A DNA stretch of 53,359 nucleotides from Eubacteriales bacterium. Its GTDB lineage: Bacteria; Bacillota; Clostridia; Oscillospirales; CAG-272. The stretch lies in the NCBI GenBank assembly GCA_051867925.1, contig JBJDZI010000061.1, positions 1 to 53,359 on the forward strand, written 5' to 3'. The notes beneath the pieces were generated by a model. That model was not told the origin of the DNA. It worked only from the letters and a program-made list of their open reading frames with translations, and searched no databases. The position numbers and the translations under genes were made by a program. Of the stretch, positions 18,901-27,172 are shown one piece after another (the first letter of the stretch is position 1; the number at the start of each line of letters is the position of its first letter).

Positions 18901-20072
18901 TCCACGATGACCTGATTCTTGTTTCTGCCGTAGATCAGCTCAATGTTGAAGGGAGTGGTGGTACCCGAGTAACTGTCGCAGGAAGAAACCAGGAAAGTAT
19001 CCTCGCTGATTGCGATGGGGTACTTGAAGACCTTGCCCGACTGATAATGGGCATTATCGTTGTCGTGGGAGTTCTGCAGAGCGCTGGTAGCGCTGTCAGT
19101 CCAGACGTAGCGAATGGCGTCCTTGGTATTTCTGCCCACGCTGGTATCGACCGTTACCAGTTTGCCTGCCTGAGAGATGTGGTGACCGGTAACAACGGAA
19201 ACGTACTTGCCGGACACACCGGGAATCTCGCGGGTATGAAGCAGAGTGGTGGGGTTAGAGGAGTTGTTACCGAACACCTCGGTCTGCAGAGTGCCGTCCT
19301 GGAACATCTGAAACAGTGCCTGCACATACATCTGCGAACGGTCGTTGTAGTCCCAACGGGTGTAAAGAATACGACCGTCAGAAGTGGTGGTGGGGTAAGT
19401 GGTATGCACCTGATCGTAGCCTAGACGGGTGATATTGCTGCCGTCTGCATTGCAGGTGTACAGATTGGATACGTCGGTGTGCCAACAGTCAACCGTCTGA
19501 ATATCACGGGTGGAGTTGAAGACGATATTGCCGTTGGCGGTGTAAACAGGCTCTATGTCGGCAACGCCGGAGCCGAAGGTCAGCTGTACGGTCTCTTTGG
19601 TGGCAAAGGTGTACTCGTACAGATGATAATCGTCGGAAGCGGACTTTTTCCAAGAGAAGACCATCTTGGTGCCGTCCTCGGAGACGCAGGGATCACGGAG
19701 TACGCCGGAGGTGGATTTGATCAGATTGTTCTCGGTCTTGATCACCTTGTCTCCCTCGCGGGTCAGCGTGACCAGCGTAATCTTGGAGTTGGGATTCCAG
19801 TTGGCTTCTACGCCGGAATCGCCACCCCATTGTCTGCCGTCATTGAGATGGTCGGAGACTGCCTCGGTGTACGCATAATGGGAACCACCCAGCTGCTTGT
19901 GATAGACCACCACGAAGCTGGAGGCTTGCTCCATCAGTTCGCCCAGCTCATCGGTATAGTCCAGCGTTTCACTTGCCGCAGTTGCAGGCAAACCGATGCC
20001 CAGCAGAGCCACGGTCACCAGTAGAGTCGCCAGCGCGACCAGAATGGATCGGATCATTATTTTCTTTTTCAT
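15996..20072 (-). CDS. Exported hydrazine-synthase-alpha-like protein: beta-propeller, two c-type haem motifs, carbohydrate-binding-like modules
   Basis: Signal peptide; TolB/PD40-like propeller (DGRILYTRWDY); DGSAMFTAP..PLYFQLLDENG...MRSW..LQPGE..SCVGCH middle-domain pattern; CITCH; C-terminal discoidin-like module (AARCAIDG...LTIDFGREV). Confidence 0.78.
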   Translation of the reverse strand: MKKKIMIRSILVALATLLVTVALLGIGLPATAASETLDYTDELGELMEQASSFVVVYHKQLGGSHYAYTEAVSDHLNDGRQWGGDSGVEANWNPNSKITLVTLTREGDKVIKTENNLIKSTSGVLRDPCVSEDGTKMVFSWKKSASDDYHLYEYTFATKETVQLTFGSGVADIEPVYTANGNIVFNSTRDIQTVDCWHTDVSNLYTCNADGSNITRLGYDQVHTTYPTTTSDGRILYTRWDYNDRSQMYVQALFQMFQDGTLQTEVFGNNSSNPTTLLHTREIPGVSGKYVSVVTGHHISQAGKLVTVDTSVGRNTKDAIRYVWTDSATSALQNSHDNDNAHYQSGKVFKYPIAISEDTFLVSSCDSYSGTTTPFNIELIYGRNKNQVIVEGSETYPASQVALVKNNPMFNRASLVNYNSDYGTYYVGNVYEGESMKGVAVGSVKYLRVVALEFRSSAIGATVGRGTGGSDPFSPIATGNGSWDVKKVLGIVDVYPDGSAMFTAPSETPLYFQLLDENGDMIQTMRSWSTLQPGEYFSCVGCHLDKNYAPSTQSGITQAMKAGVQEIRPDLWMEAVESYEDQNAYDSSTVKGFDYLEVVQPILDANCITCHSDSKASYDKINASAMNNVDLSAADTVIGQRDDWSYTTTAPSGAWTSASYDSSAWDVSYAPFGKIGTDPGMINTIWKSSGSIWLRKTVTLTQYDLEKCAMVMNVAYNNKIEIYINGTKIYTGNTAVADYTTIELNDTARNACKVGQNTIAVKVTAGDEGQFFDLELLAGTSLGSTTNLVEGKTSWKVKVSSTEEITGTDWTKVGYSTTGWKNATTPLGNRAGGNGASGWGQDGNDYLWAIKTFTVDDLNALKDATLYLNTFYDDDVKFYLNGNLIHSDGNWLDNYQTITVGSASKYLVKGTNVLAVSVHQHAGGYELDASLYAETSVSGSGTSDAKFSLEGTPVIGQRMRKYFPLSYLVLTGSKTDSNKQWLSESSQYINYISSMSKSEILQPNKYGSSKSKLITKLRAGHGNLSDAEIRAIACWIDLCIPCYGSYYVRDAWDGNDVREYEEELHKRELYDKLDEYAKLARAGATTGTGEIKIEYTTAKKDVYTATGEGMVILYTSDKYSANDKLVITLPEGEKYVALCLNSRVGEAIIYCPDGKFTYTFPNTGVIFPNTMDPTSGVNYKNNTITARLVTAEELAKEHNLALNPYDLTDAKGAYPHASTSNVNDNNLYWAARCAIDGFTANKGHGEYPYQSWGPSSNVKATDHLTIDFGREVTVNELVVVIRADFPHDSYFTGCTVTFSDGTTKQINLTNSALEQVIDLGGVTTSSIKLSGFTVETAGATTPYAALTEVKVMGTEVKQ

Positions 20073-20088
20073 TGTTCCGGTCACCGCC

Positions 20089-22332
20089 TTAATACAGAAT
20101 AATCTTCAGATCGGTCGCCAGAGCGGTACCGTCAACAGACTGAAAGCTGACCACGTAGTAAGCACCGGCGGAAAGATCTGCGGGAACGGTAATATCCACG
20201 TCAAAGGTGACGTAGCTACCGTAGGAAAGGTTCTTGATATCCTTGGATTCGGTATCCAACTGTTTGCCGTCCTTGTCGTACAGTGTCAGCGTAACGGAAG
20301 CGTCGGATGCGTTGGTCGCTTGCTTGATGACGCTGAGGCTCACCAGATTCTGACCTGCCTTCAGCTTATTATAAGTGCCGTCGGCATTCCTGATCTGGAT
20401 GGCACCGTACTGCTCGCCCTCCGCACCGATGGACAGAATGAAGTTGGCAAGGTCTTGTGCATCCTGATCGGAAATGGTCTTTCCGGACTTGCCGACCGAA
20501 TACTTCACGTATTCCACCATATCGGTGTGACCGCCGAAGTAGCCCCATGGATAGGTACGCCATACTTCTACCAGAGAGGAAGTATCCATATCGCGGTATT
20601 CCCACGAAGGTTCGTTCTCAAGGTCGATAGAAGTGTGGGTTTTCATATCAGTATACAAAGGAGCGGGATGGCAGATGACACATCCGTACTGCTCAAAGAG
20701 AGCCTTGCCGCGGGTAGCGGATTCGGTCAGCGTGCCGTCGTCGTTCAGATAGGGAGACTGTTCGGGAAGTATCGCCATCAGATAAGCGTTGATGTTTTCC
20801 ACGATTCCCTCAGTATCCGCATTGAAGCAGATGTATTTCAGACCCGCCGCAACGGCAGTCTCGCCGTCGGGACGGATGCCCGTCACCATTACAGGAGGAG
20901 TGCGCATTGCGTACAGCATACTCTTCGCCTGCTTGGATACGCCCAAACCGTCGTTCAGGTTATCCCAGTTGTAGCCGTCGGCTCTTCCGTCGGGATGACA
21001 GGAAGCGCAGGACTGCCAGTTCTGGTAACAGATGGTGGAGTCATACCACAGTGCTTCGCCCAGACGAATAGTATCAGCCTCAGGTTGCGTGCCGGGTGCA
21101 AAGGTGTCCAGCACCTTCATCTTGGAGCCGGATACGCCTACTGCAGTGATGGTGCCGCTGAAATACTGTGCGCAATAAACGGTATCACCCGAAATAGCGA
21201 TGGAGCGAACGCCCTCGCCACCCAGATTCAGTCGGGATTTGCAGTTTGCCGCAAAGGGAATGTAGTCAACGATGTCTTCCTTAGAAGCTACCAGACCGTT
21301 GCTGGTACCTACGCGGGCAACCAACTTCGCCAGTGCGGAGAGATCCACCTTCATCAGTTCGTCGGAACCGGAAATGGCAACGTACAAAGCGGTGCCCTTT
21401 TCATTGATGGCAAGTCCCCAAGGATTGCCTGCACCCAGTTCCACATCGTCCAGCAGGAAAGCATAGGACGCTTTATCGGATGCCACATCAATTACAGAAA
21501 TGCCGTTGGTGTAAATCCAGCCGCCGTCCAGCTGTGTGGTAGGATAGGTATAGCGTGCCACGCTGTGGGAAACATAAAGCGTTTTTCCGTCGGGAGACGC
21601 GATAATATCTTTGACATTGGCAGCGCCGTTGCACAACTGAATGGAATTCACCACTTCATTTTTCTGGGTGTCAATCACCGAAATACGGGGGCTAACGCTA
21701 TCCGCCACCGCATTATCCTCCGGCAGATGGCAGGCGACGTAGAGTTTGTTTCCTACCAAAGTCATTGCCATAGGCTCACGGCTGACCGCAATCTCCTTGG
21801 TCTCGGTCATGGTAGCAAGATCCACCACCGAAACGGTGCAGGAGAAGCGGTTGGCGACATACGCCGTTGTTCCGCTGATCACCACATCATTGGGTGTATG
21901 ACCTACCACTACGCTTCCCTCTTCCTTGAGGTCGGAAGAAAGAACCGTCAGTTCACCGCCCAGCTTGCCCATGCCGACGTAGACCTTGTCGCCGGATACG
22001 GTGAGGCTGTTGACGGGGGAATCGGTCTGGTACACCGCGTTCAGGGTGTAGTCGGCAGCCGAATACCGATAAACGGCTTCATCCGTAGTTCCGCCCACAT
22101 AGATCCATTGTCCGTCTTCGGAGACTGCGATGGCTGAGGGGGAGAAATAAGGTCCGCCGGCAACGATCATGGGATCATCCGAGCCGTTGTTGGCAGTAGT
22201 GGCCGTCGTATCGGGAGGATTCTTTTTCCCGCAGGCGATCAGACCTGCAAGCAGTACGCCGAGACCGAGCGTCAGGACACCGCCTGTGATCAGCACTCGC
22301 TTCAGCGACAGCTTGCCACTTGTTTGCTTCAT
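20089..22332 (-). CDS. Lipoprotein: YVTN-type beta-propeller fused to a di-haem cytochrome c peroxidase/MauG-like domain
   Basis: LIAC lipobox; repeated YVAN/VSVVD blades; WQSCASCHPDG and GCVICH; GGAGG RBS before ATG 22332. Confidence 0.82.
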   Translation of the reverse strand: MKQTSGKLSLKRVLITGGVLTLGLGVLLAGLIACGKKNPPDTTATTANNGSDDPMIVAGGPYFSPSAIAVSEDGQWIYVGGTTDEAVYRYSAADYTLNAVYQTDSPVNSLTVSGDKVYVGMGKLGGELTVLSSDLKEEGSVVVGHTPNDVVISGTTAYVANRFSCTVSVVDLATMTETKEIAVSREPMAMTLVGNKLYVACHLPEDNAVADSVSPRISVIDTQKNEVVNSIQLCNGAANVKDIIASPDGKTLYVSHSVARYTYPTTQLDGGWIYTNGISVIDVASDKASYAFLLDDVELGAGNPWGLAINEKGTALYVAISGSDELMKVDLSALAKLVARVGTSNGLVASKEDIVDYIPFAANCKSRLNLGGEGVRSIAISGDTVYCAQYFSGTITAVGVSGSKMKVLDTFAPGTQPEADTIRLGEALWYDSTICYQNWQSCASCHPDGRADGYNWDNLNDGLGVSKQAKSMLYAMRTPPVMVTGIRPDGETAVAAGLKYICFNADTEGIVENINAYLMAILPEQSPYLNDDGTLTESATRGKALFEQYGCVICHPAPLYTDMKTHTSIDLENEPSWEYRDMDTSSLVEVWRTYPWGYFGGHTDMVEYVKYSVGKSGKTISDQDAQDLANFILSIGAEGEQYGAIQIRNADGTYNKLKAGQNLVSLSVIKQATNASDASVTLTLYDKDGKQLDTESKDIKNLSYGSYVTFDVDITVPADLSAGAYYVVSFQSVDGTALATDLKIILY

Positions 22333-22404
22333 AATGATTACCTCCTTATGGTTGCCACGTAATTTGCCGGATTTGTAAAAAGGCAACACTATGGACTCTA
22401 AAAT

Positions 22405-22433
22405 AGTATAGCATAAGTCGAGATTTTTGTAAA
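22405..22433 (-). promoter_or_regulatory. Sigma-A-type promoter for the haem-protein pair
   Basis: TTTACA-17-TATACT with an extended -10 TG. Confidence 0.6.
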
Positions 22434-22728
22434 TTGGCATTTTGACCTATTTTTAGAAAAGAAATCGTGCAACCTGCACAAAACACTAAAGATTTCTCCC
22501 CCAATTCCAATGGATCTGTGAACACATTGTGGATATAATATTATGAAAATTATTCCAAAACAGCCAAGAATAAAGTTTCGCTTCAGTTTTGATTGTCACA
22601 CCGCTTGCCGTGAAACTCATCCCGTGCTTCGCAGGGAGAGCGAGCCGCACCAAAGCGAGACTTCTCTCCCCGAGCTTTCTGATAAAGCAAATTTTTCATA
22701 AAAAAACATCCCCCATTAGGGGATGTTG

Positions 22729-22868
22729 CAGACTGTCGATAAACTACGAATTTAGAGTGCCGCCAGCCAAGGAAGTGGGTGGAGAGCTCGAGAGGAGGGC
22801 GAAAACTTCGGCGTTTGAGATGGTTTCGCCCTCCTCTCGATTTTCTGAAAGACTTTTTCGACAAACTG
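22729..22868 (+). mobile_element. 140-bp MITE-like element (subtype B) with 24-bp palindromic direct repeats
   Basis: Ends CAGACTGTCGA / TCGACAAACTG; flanked by AACATCCCCCATT[A/G]GGGGATGTTG at 22705-22728 and 22869-22892. Confidence 0.85.
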
Positions 22869-22913
22869 AACATCCCCCATTGGGGGATGTTGGGAAGTAT
22901 TACACCAAGCCGA

Positions 22914-23810
22914 TTATACCTCGTCCCAGATGCGCTTCATGTTGTGGAAGGACACGCGCGTGCCATATTCGCACTCCTCCATGCCCTCATATTCCAGATA
23001 GATATATCCGTCGTAACTGCTGTTTTTGATGGTGCGAGTCACGTCCCAGATATCAATGTCGCCCTGCGCCAGAATAGAGCCGCGCAGGTAAGAGCCGCCT
23101 ACCGAACGGAACCAGCTGTTTTCGCAGTCAAACTGCGCGCTGTCGCCGGGATTTCTGTGTTCGGGACGGATATAGAAGTCCTTCATGTGGATGGTCTTGG
23201 CAAAGGGGATCATCTTCTTCACGGCGATCTCGGGAATATCGTCCACGCAGGTGTAGTTGCCCACGTCCATCTGATGACCGAAGTTGTCCCGATCCACCAT
23301 CTTCATGATCTGACGGACGCGGTCGGCGCCGTTGGCGTGGAAACCGTGGTTCTCCATCAGAATGGTCATCCCGTACTGTTTCGCGTAATCGCAGAGGATC
23401 TGATACGCCTTGACGATCACGGGTACTTCCTTCTGGAAGTTTTCGATGGTATTCTCGGAAATCGGACGTCTGAACGCCGCGCTGTCCATACGGAAAGTGG
23501 AGATGGACAGTTTCGCCGCCGCGTCGATGTGACGCTTGGCACGGGCAATCTCTGCGTCGAACTCTTCGTCGGAGATCAGCAGGAAGTTGCCGTTGAGCGA
23601 GTAGTTGGTCAGCGGAACGCCGCGGCGAGCAACCGCTTCCTTGAACTGATCGATCAGTTCGGGCTGTTCAACCAGATTGAAGCCGAAAGGCACCAGCTCG
23701 ACGCCCTCCGCACCCCAGTCACAAAGTTTTTCGTAGGCTTCAATGGCAGTGATCTCACCGCTGCAAATTTTGCGGGAGATGCAGTAAATAGAAATTCCGA
23801 ATTTAGGCAT
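22914..23810 (-). CDS. Sugar phosphate isomerase/epimerase family (xylose isomerase-like TIM barrel)
   Basis: ENHG, DVGN, IHMKD and LEYEG metal-binding motifs. Confidence 0.88.
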   Translation of the reverse strand: MPKFGISIYCISRKICSGEITAIEAYEKLCDWGAEGVELVPFGFNLVEQPELIDQFKEAVARRGVPLTNYSLNGNFLLISDEEFDAEIARAKRHIDAAAKLSISTFRMDSAAFRRPISENTIENFQKEVPVIVKAYQILCDYAKQYGMTILMENHGFHANGADRVRQIMKMVDRDNFGHQMDVGNYTCVDDIPEIAVKKMIPFAKTIHMKDFYIRPEHRNPGDSAQFDCENSWFRSVGGSYLRGSILAQGDIDIWDVTRTIKNSSYDGYIYLEYEGMEECEYGTRVSFHNMKRIWDEV

Positions 23811-23951
23811 ACAGTTTTCCTTTTCTATAAGGGTATTTTCTTTTTTCCGGAGGTGCGGATGTCGCACCTCTGTCATCGTGATCTAACGAGGCGGCACAGA
23901 TTCGCCGCTCGGATCAGAATTTTCGTGGTCTCCGGAGTTTTCCCCGAGGGA

Positions 23952-25016
23952 TCAGATGCTGACCTGAATCGCTTCTCCCGTTTCGGAAGAGCGGAATGCG
24001 GCTTCCATCACCAGCATACAGCGCATCGCCTGCTCAGGCGTGATCTTCAACGGCGCGCCCTCAATGGCGTCCACCAACTGATAGTAGGTGGGATCCAGAT
24101 TGTCTTCCAGTCCTGCGGGAGGCGCAAATTCGATAACCTCCACGGTGGAAGGATCTCGTTTTGCCATCGTCTTGGAGGGACCTGCCCGGTCGGGCGCGAT
24201 CTCGGTAGACCACTGACTCTGATCCGCGATGGGGCGAATCATCCGTCCCGTTCCCGTCCAGTCGTCGATCTGCAGGGTACCGCCCTCACAGAGAATGTAC
24301 CAACGGGGATGCAGGATATAGTTGTTGGTGGAAACCTCGATCTGAGCGGTGAGTCCACTCTCGAAGGTCATCACCAGACGGAAATTATCGTCCACCTCGG
24401 GATAGTGAATGCTGTACATCTTGCAATAGATCGAAGTGACCTTCTCGTCAAACATCCAAAGCATCTGATCGATCAGATGCACGCCCCAGTCCAGCATCAT
24501 GCCGCCGCCCTGTTCCTTCTTGCAACGCCAACCTTCGGGCATTCCGCGGGAGCCTTCCACGCGGGATTCGATGACGTAGGGCTTGCCGATGGCACCGGTT
24601 GCCAGCGCGTTTTTCATGGCAACGTAGTCTTTGTTTACACGGCGGTTCTGGTCAATGGTGAAGACCTTGCCGGTCTCCTCTGCCACCGTCATAATCTCAC
24701 GAAGTTCGTCCGAGTTCATGGTAACGGGTTTCTCGCACAGCACGTGTTTGCCCGCCCGAAGCGCCTTGATGGAAATCTCCTTGTGGAAATTATTATAGAC
24801 TGCCACCAAAACGATGTCGATCTCCCGGTCTGCAAGCATCGCTTCCAGCGAAGGATAGGTAGCATAGCCCTTCTCTTCTGCCGCACGCAAACGATCGGGG
24901 TTGATATCGTAGATGCCCCTCACCCGCACGCGAGTGTTTCCTTTGGCAAGCTGATTGACATGATGATTTGCCATTCCGCCATAGCCGACGACACCAAGGT
25001 TGTAGATTTTATTCAT
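23952..25016 (-). CDS. Gfo/Idh/MocA oxidoreductase
   Basis: GVVGYGGMA, CEKP, GGGMMLDWGVH. Confidence 0.92.
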   Translation of the reverse strand: MNKIYNLGVVGYGGMANHHVNQLAKGNTRVRVRGIYDINPDRLRAAEEKGYATYPSLEAMLADREIDIVLVAVYNNFHKEISIKALRAGKHVLCEKPVTMNSDELREIMTVAEETGKVFTIDQNRRVNKDYVAMKNALATGAIGKPYVIESRVEGSRGMPEGWRCKKEQGGGMMLDWGVHLIDQMLWMFDEKVTSIYCKMYSIHYPEVDDNFRLVMTFESGLTAQIEVSTNNYILHPRWYILCEGGTLQIDDWTGTGRMIRPIADQSQWSTEIAPDRAGPSKTMAKRDPSTVEVIEFAPPAGLEDNLDPTYYQLVDAIEGAPLKITPEQAMRCMLVMEAAFRSSETGEAIQVSI

Positions 25017-25104
25017 GGGTATAACCTTTCTTGTCTCCAAAGCCGCGTTTGGGTTTTCACCGGCATTCGGAGCTTGGGACGGCATATCCTCAATGCCTTC
25101 CCCC

Positions 25105-25200
25105 GGCGGCAAAGCACTTTGCCGCCTTAATAATAGTTCTTGGAGGTGCAGGAACCTTCTTGAAAGAAGGTTCCTGCCGGAGGCCCTGCAGAGCCTCAAT
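25105..25200 (+). repeat. Three-hairpin REP-like cassette, copy 2
   Basis: GGCGGCAAAG-ca-CTTTGCCGCC; AGTTCTTGG; GCAGGAACCTTCTT..AAGAAGGTTCCTGC; GAGGC..GCCTC. Confidence 0.65.
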
Positions 25201-25212
25201 TACAATTAAAAT

Positions 25213-26178
25213 TCAAAACCAATATGCTTCGCCGGCGGCTTCGGTAATCAGAACGTCCTTGAGGAAGGCGACGGCTTTTTCCAGACCCTGTCTGGTGGAC
25301 ATCAGACTGTCCTCGTGCTCGATGGAAATGATTCCGTCGTAGCCCACGGTGCGCAAGGTGGAAATGATACGATTCCAAGTCAGTTGATCGTGACCGTAGC
25401 CTACGGTGCGGAATACCCACGCACGTTCGGCAACCTCGCCGTAGGACTTGGTGTCCAGCACGCCGTTCACGGAGGTGTTACGGGCGTCAATGGCAGTATC
25501 CTTCGCGTGGAAATGATAGATCGCGCCCTTCAGCGCCTTGATCGCCTCAACGGGATCAATGCCCTGCCAGAAGAGGTGGGAGGGATCCACGTTGGCACCG
25601 ATGATGTCGCCTACGGCGGCTCTCAGCTTCAGCAGGGTTTCGGGATTGTAGACCACGAAAGAAGGATGCAACTCAAAAGCGATCTTCTTGATGCCGTGCG
25701 CCTTGGCAAACGCCGCCATCTCGGTCCAGTAGGGGATGACCTTCTCGTTCCATTGCCAGCTAAGAATTTTCAGATTGTCGTCCGGCCAAGGACAGGTCAC
25801 CCAGTTGGGGTACATCGAGTTCTCGCAATCGCCGGGACAACCTGCAAATCCTACGATGGTCTCTACGTCCAGCAGTTCTGCCGCCAGAATCGCACTACGA
25901 AATTCGCTGTCGAACTTTGCTGCAATCGCCTTCTGCGGATGCAGAGGGTTGCCGTGGCAAGCCAACGCTTCGATGGTGATGTCATATTTTGCAAGCAGGG
26001 CCTTGTACGCCTCTACAGCTTCGGGATGCCCGATCAGTTCCTCGGGCTTCAAATGTGCATTGCCGGGATAGCCGCCCGCGCCAATCTCAACGGCGTGAAC
26101 GTCCAGCGAGTGCAGATAAGCCAGTGCGTCTTCAAAGGACATTGCCGCCAGCACCGGATTCATTACTCCCAGTTTCAT
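25213..26178 (-). CDS. Sugar phosphate isomerase/epimerase family TIM-barrel protein
   Basis: CHGNPLHP, FELHP, DPSHLFWQG, HFHAKD, SIEHED. Confidence 0.9.
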   Translation of the reverse strand: MKLGVMNPVLAAMSFEDALAYLHSLDVHAVEIGAGGYPGNAHLKPEELIGHPEAVEAYKALLAKYDITIEALACHGNPLHPQKAIAAKFDSEFRSAILAAELLDVETIVGFAGCPGDCENSMYPNWVTCPWPDDNLKILSWQWNEKVIPYWTEMAAFAKAHGIKKIAFELHPSFVVYNPETLLKLRAAVGDIIGANVDPSHLFWQGIDPVEAIKALKGAIYHFHAKDTAIDARNTSVNGVLDTKSYGEVAERAWVFRTVGYGHDQLTWNRIISTLRTVGYDGIISIEHEDSLMSTRQGLEKAVAFLKDVLITEAAGEAYWF

Positions 26179-26211
26179 AACCAATATTCTCCTTGTCTCC
26201 GGTATTCCGTC

Positions 26212-27036
26212 TTACAGACCAAGCGTCCGCAGATAGTCTCTCGACTGCTTCGCCGCTTCCAGCGGGCATTGATCGTAGGAGTCATCCTGCTCGACGATCA
26301 CGTAGTCGATACCCACTTCTTCTGCGGCGGCAAGAATCGTGGGGAAGTCCTGAATGCCCTGTCCTACGGGCTTGAAACGGAAGCCGGTGTCCTCTTTGGA
26401 ACCGCCCTCAGCCTTGCCCGAATCGTCGATCAGCGCGTAAACGGGACCGCCGCCCAGCTTTTCGCAAACGAAATCCTTCAGATGCAGAGTCTTCATCTGC
26501 CCCTTGTACTTGAGGATGAACTCGGCGGGATTCACGCCTGCGTAATGCACCCAGCAGGTGTCCACTTCGCCCTCGATGGCACCGCCCATTGCGGCGTAGA
26601 TCTTCTCCAGGATAACCTCGCCGTCCAGCTTGCGAAACTCGAAATCGTGATTGTGATAGGTCAGACGAATACCACTTTTTGCCAGCAGTGCGCTGACCTG
26701 CTTGAACATGGCGATGGTCTCGTCAAAATGACCGTTTTCGTAATGCTCGATGCCGTACCACGGAATGGCGCAATACTTGGCACCGATGGTGGTCAGATAG
26801 TCCACCGCTTCCTGTCCCTTTTCCATAAACAGATCGGGGCCCTGATGCACCGAAATACAGGTGAGTCCCAGCTCATCCAGCATTCCGCGCACTTCTTCTG
26901 CCGTGTGACCGTAATATCCTGCAAACTCCACATAGTCGTAACCGGCTTCCTTGACCGCCTTCAGCGTGCCGTAGAAATCCTTCTCCATCAAGGAGCGAAC
27001 CGAGTAAAGTTGCAGACCAACTTTGAATTGTTTCAT
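26212..27036 (-). CDS. Sugar phosphate isomerase/epimerase family TIM-barrel protein
   Basis: GLQLYSVR, YHNHDFEF, DTCW, HLKD, VEQD. Confidence 0.9.
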   Translation of the reverse strand: MKQFKVGLQLYSVRSLMEKDFYGTLKAVKEAGYDYVEFAGYYGHTAEEVRGMLDELGLTCISVHQGPDLFMEKGQEAVDYLTTIGAKYCAIPWYGIEHYENGHFDETIAMFKQVSALLAKSGIRLTYHNHDFEFRKLDGEVILEKIYAAMGGAIEGEVDTCWVHYAGVNPAEFILKYKGQMKTLHLKDFVCEKLGGGPVYALIDDSGKAEGGSKEDTGFRFKPVGQGIQDFPTILAAAEEVGIDYVIVEQDDSYDQCPLEAAKQSRDYLRTLGL

Positions 27037-27172
27037 GAATCATTCTCCTTTGAGGCATCGCCTCAAACGCGCTCGCCCTTTTCCCGCCGGGTTTGACCGA
27101 CGGGAAAGTGCGAAATTATTCAAACTTATTCTCGACCGAACGGTTTTTCCTGGGGACAGTGCCCCACCGTCC

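Noticed and set aside
15996-22332. Anammox capability
   Set aside because: No hydrazine dehydrogenase/HAO-type multihaem genes here; the host context is clostridial and the proteins carry carbohydrate-binding-like modules
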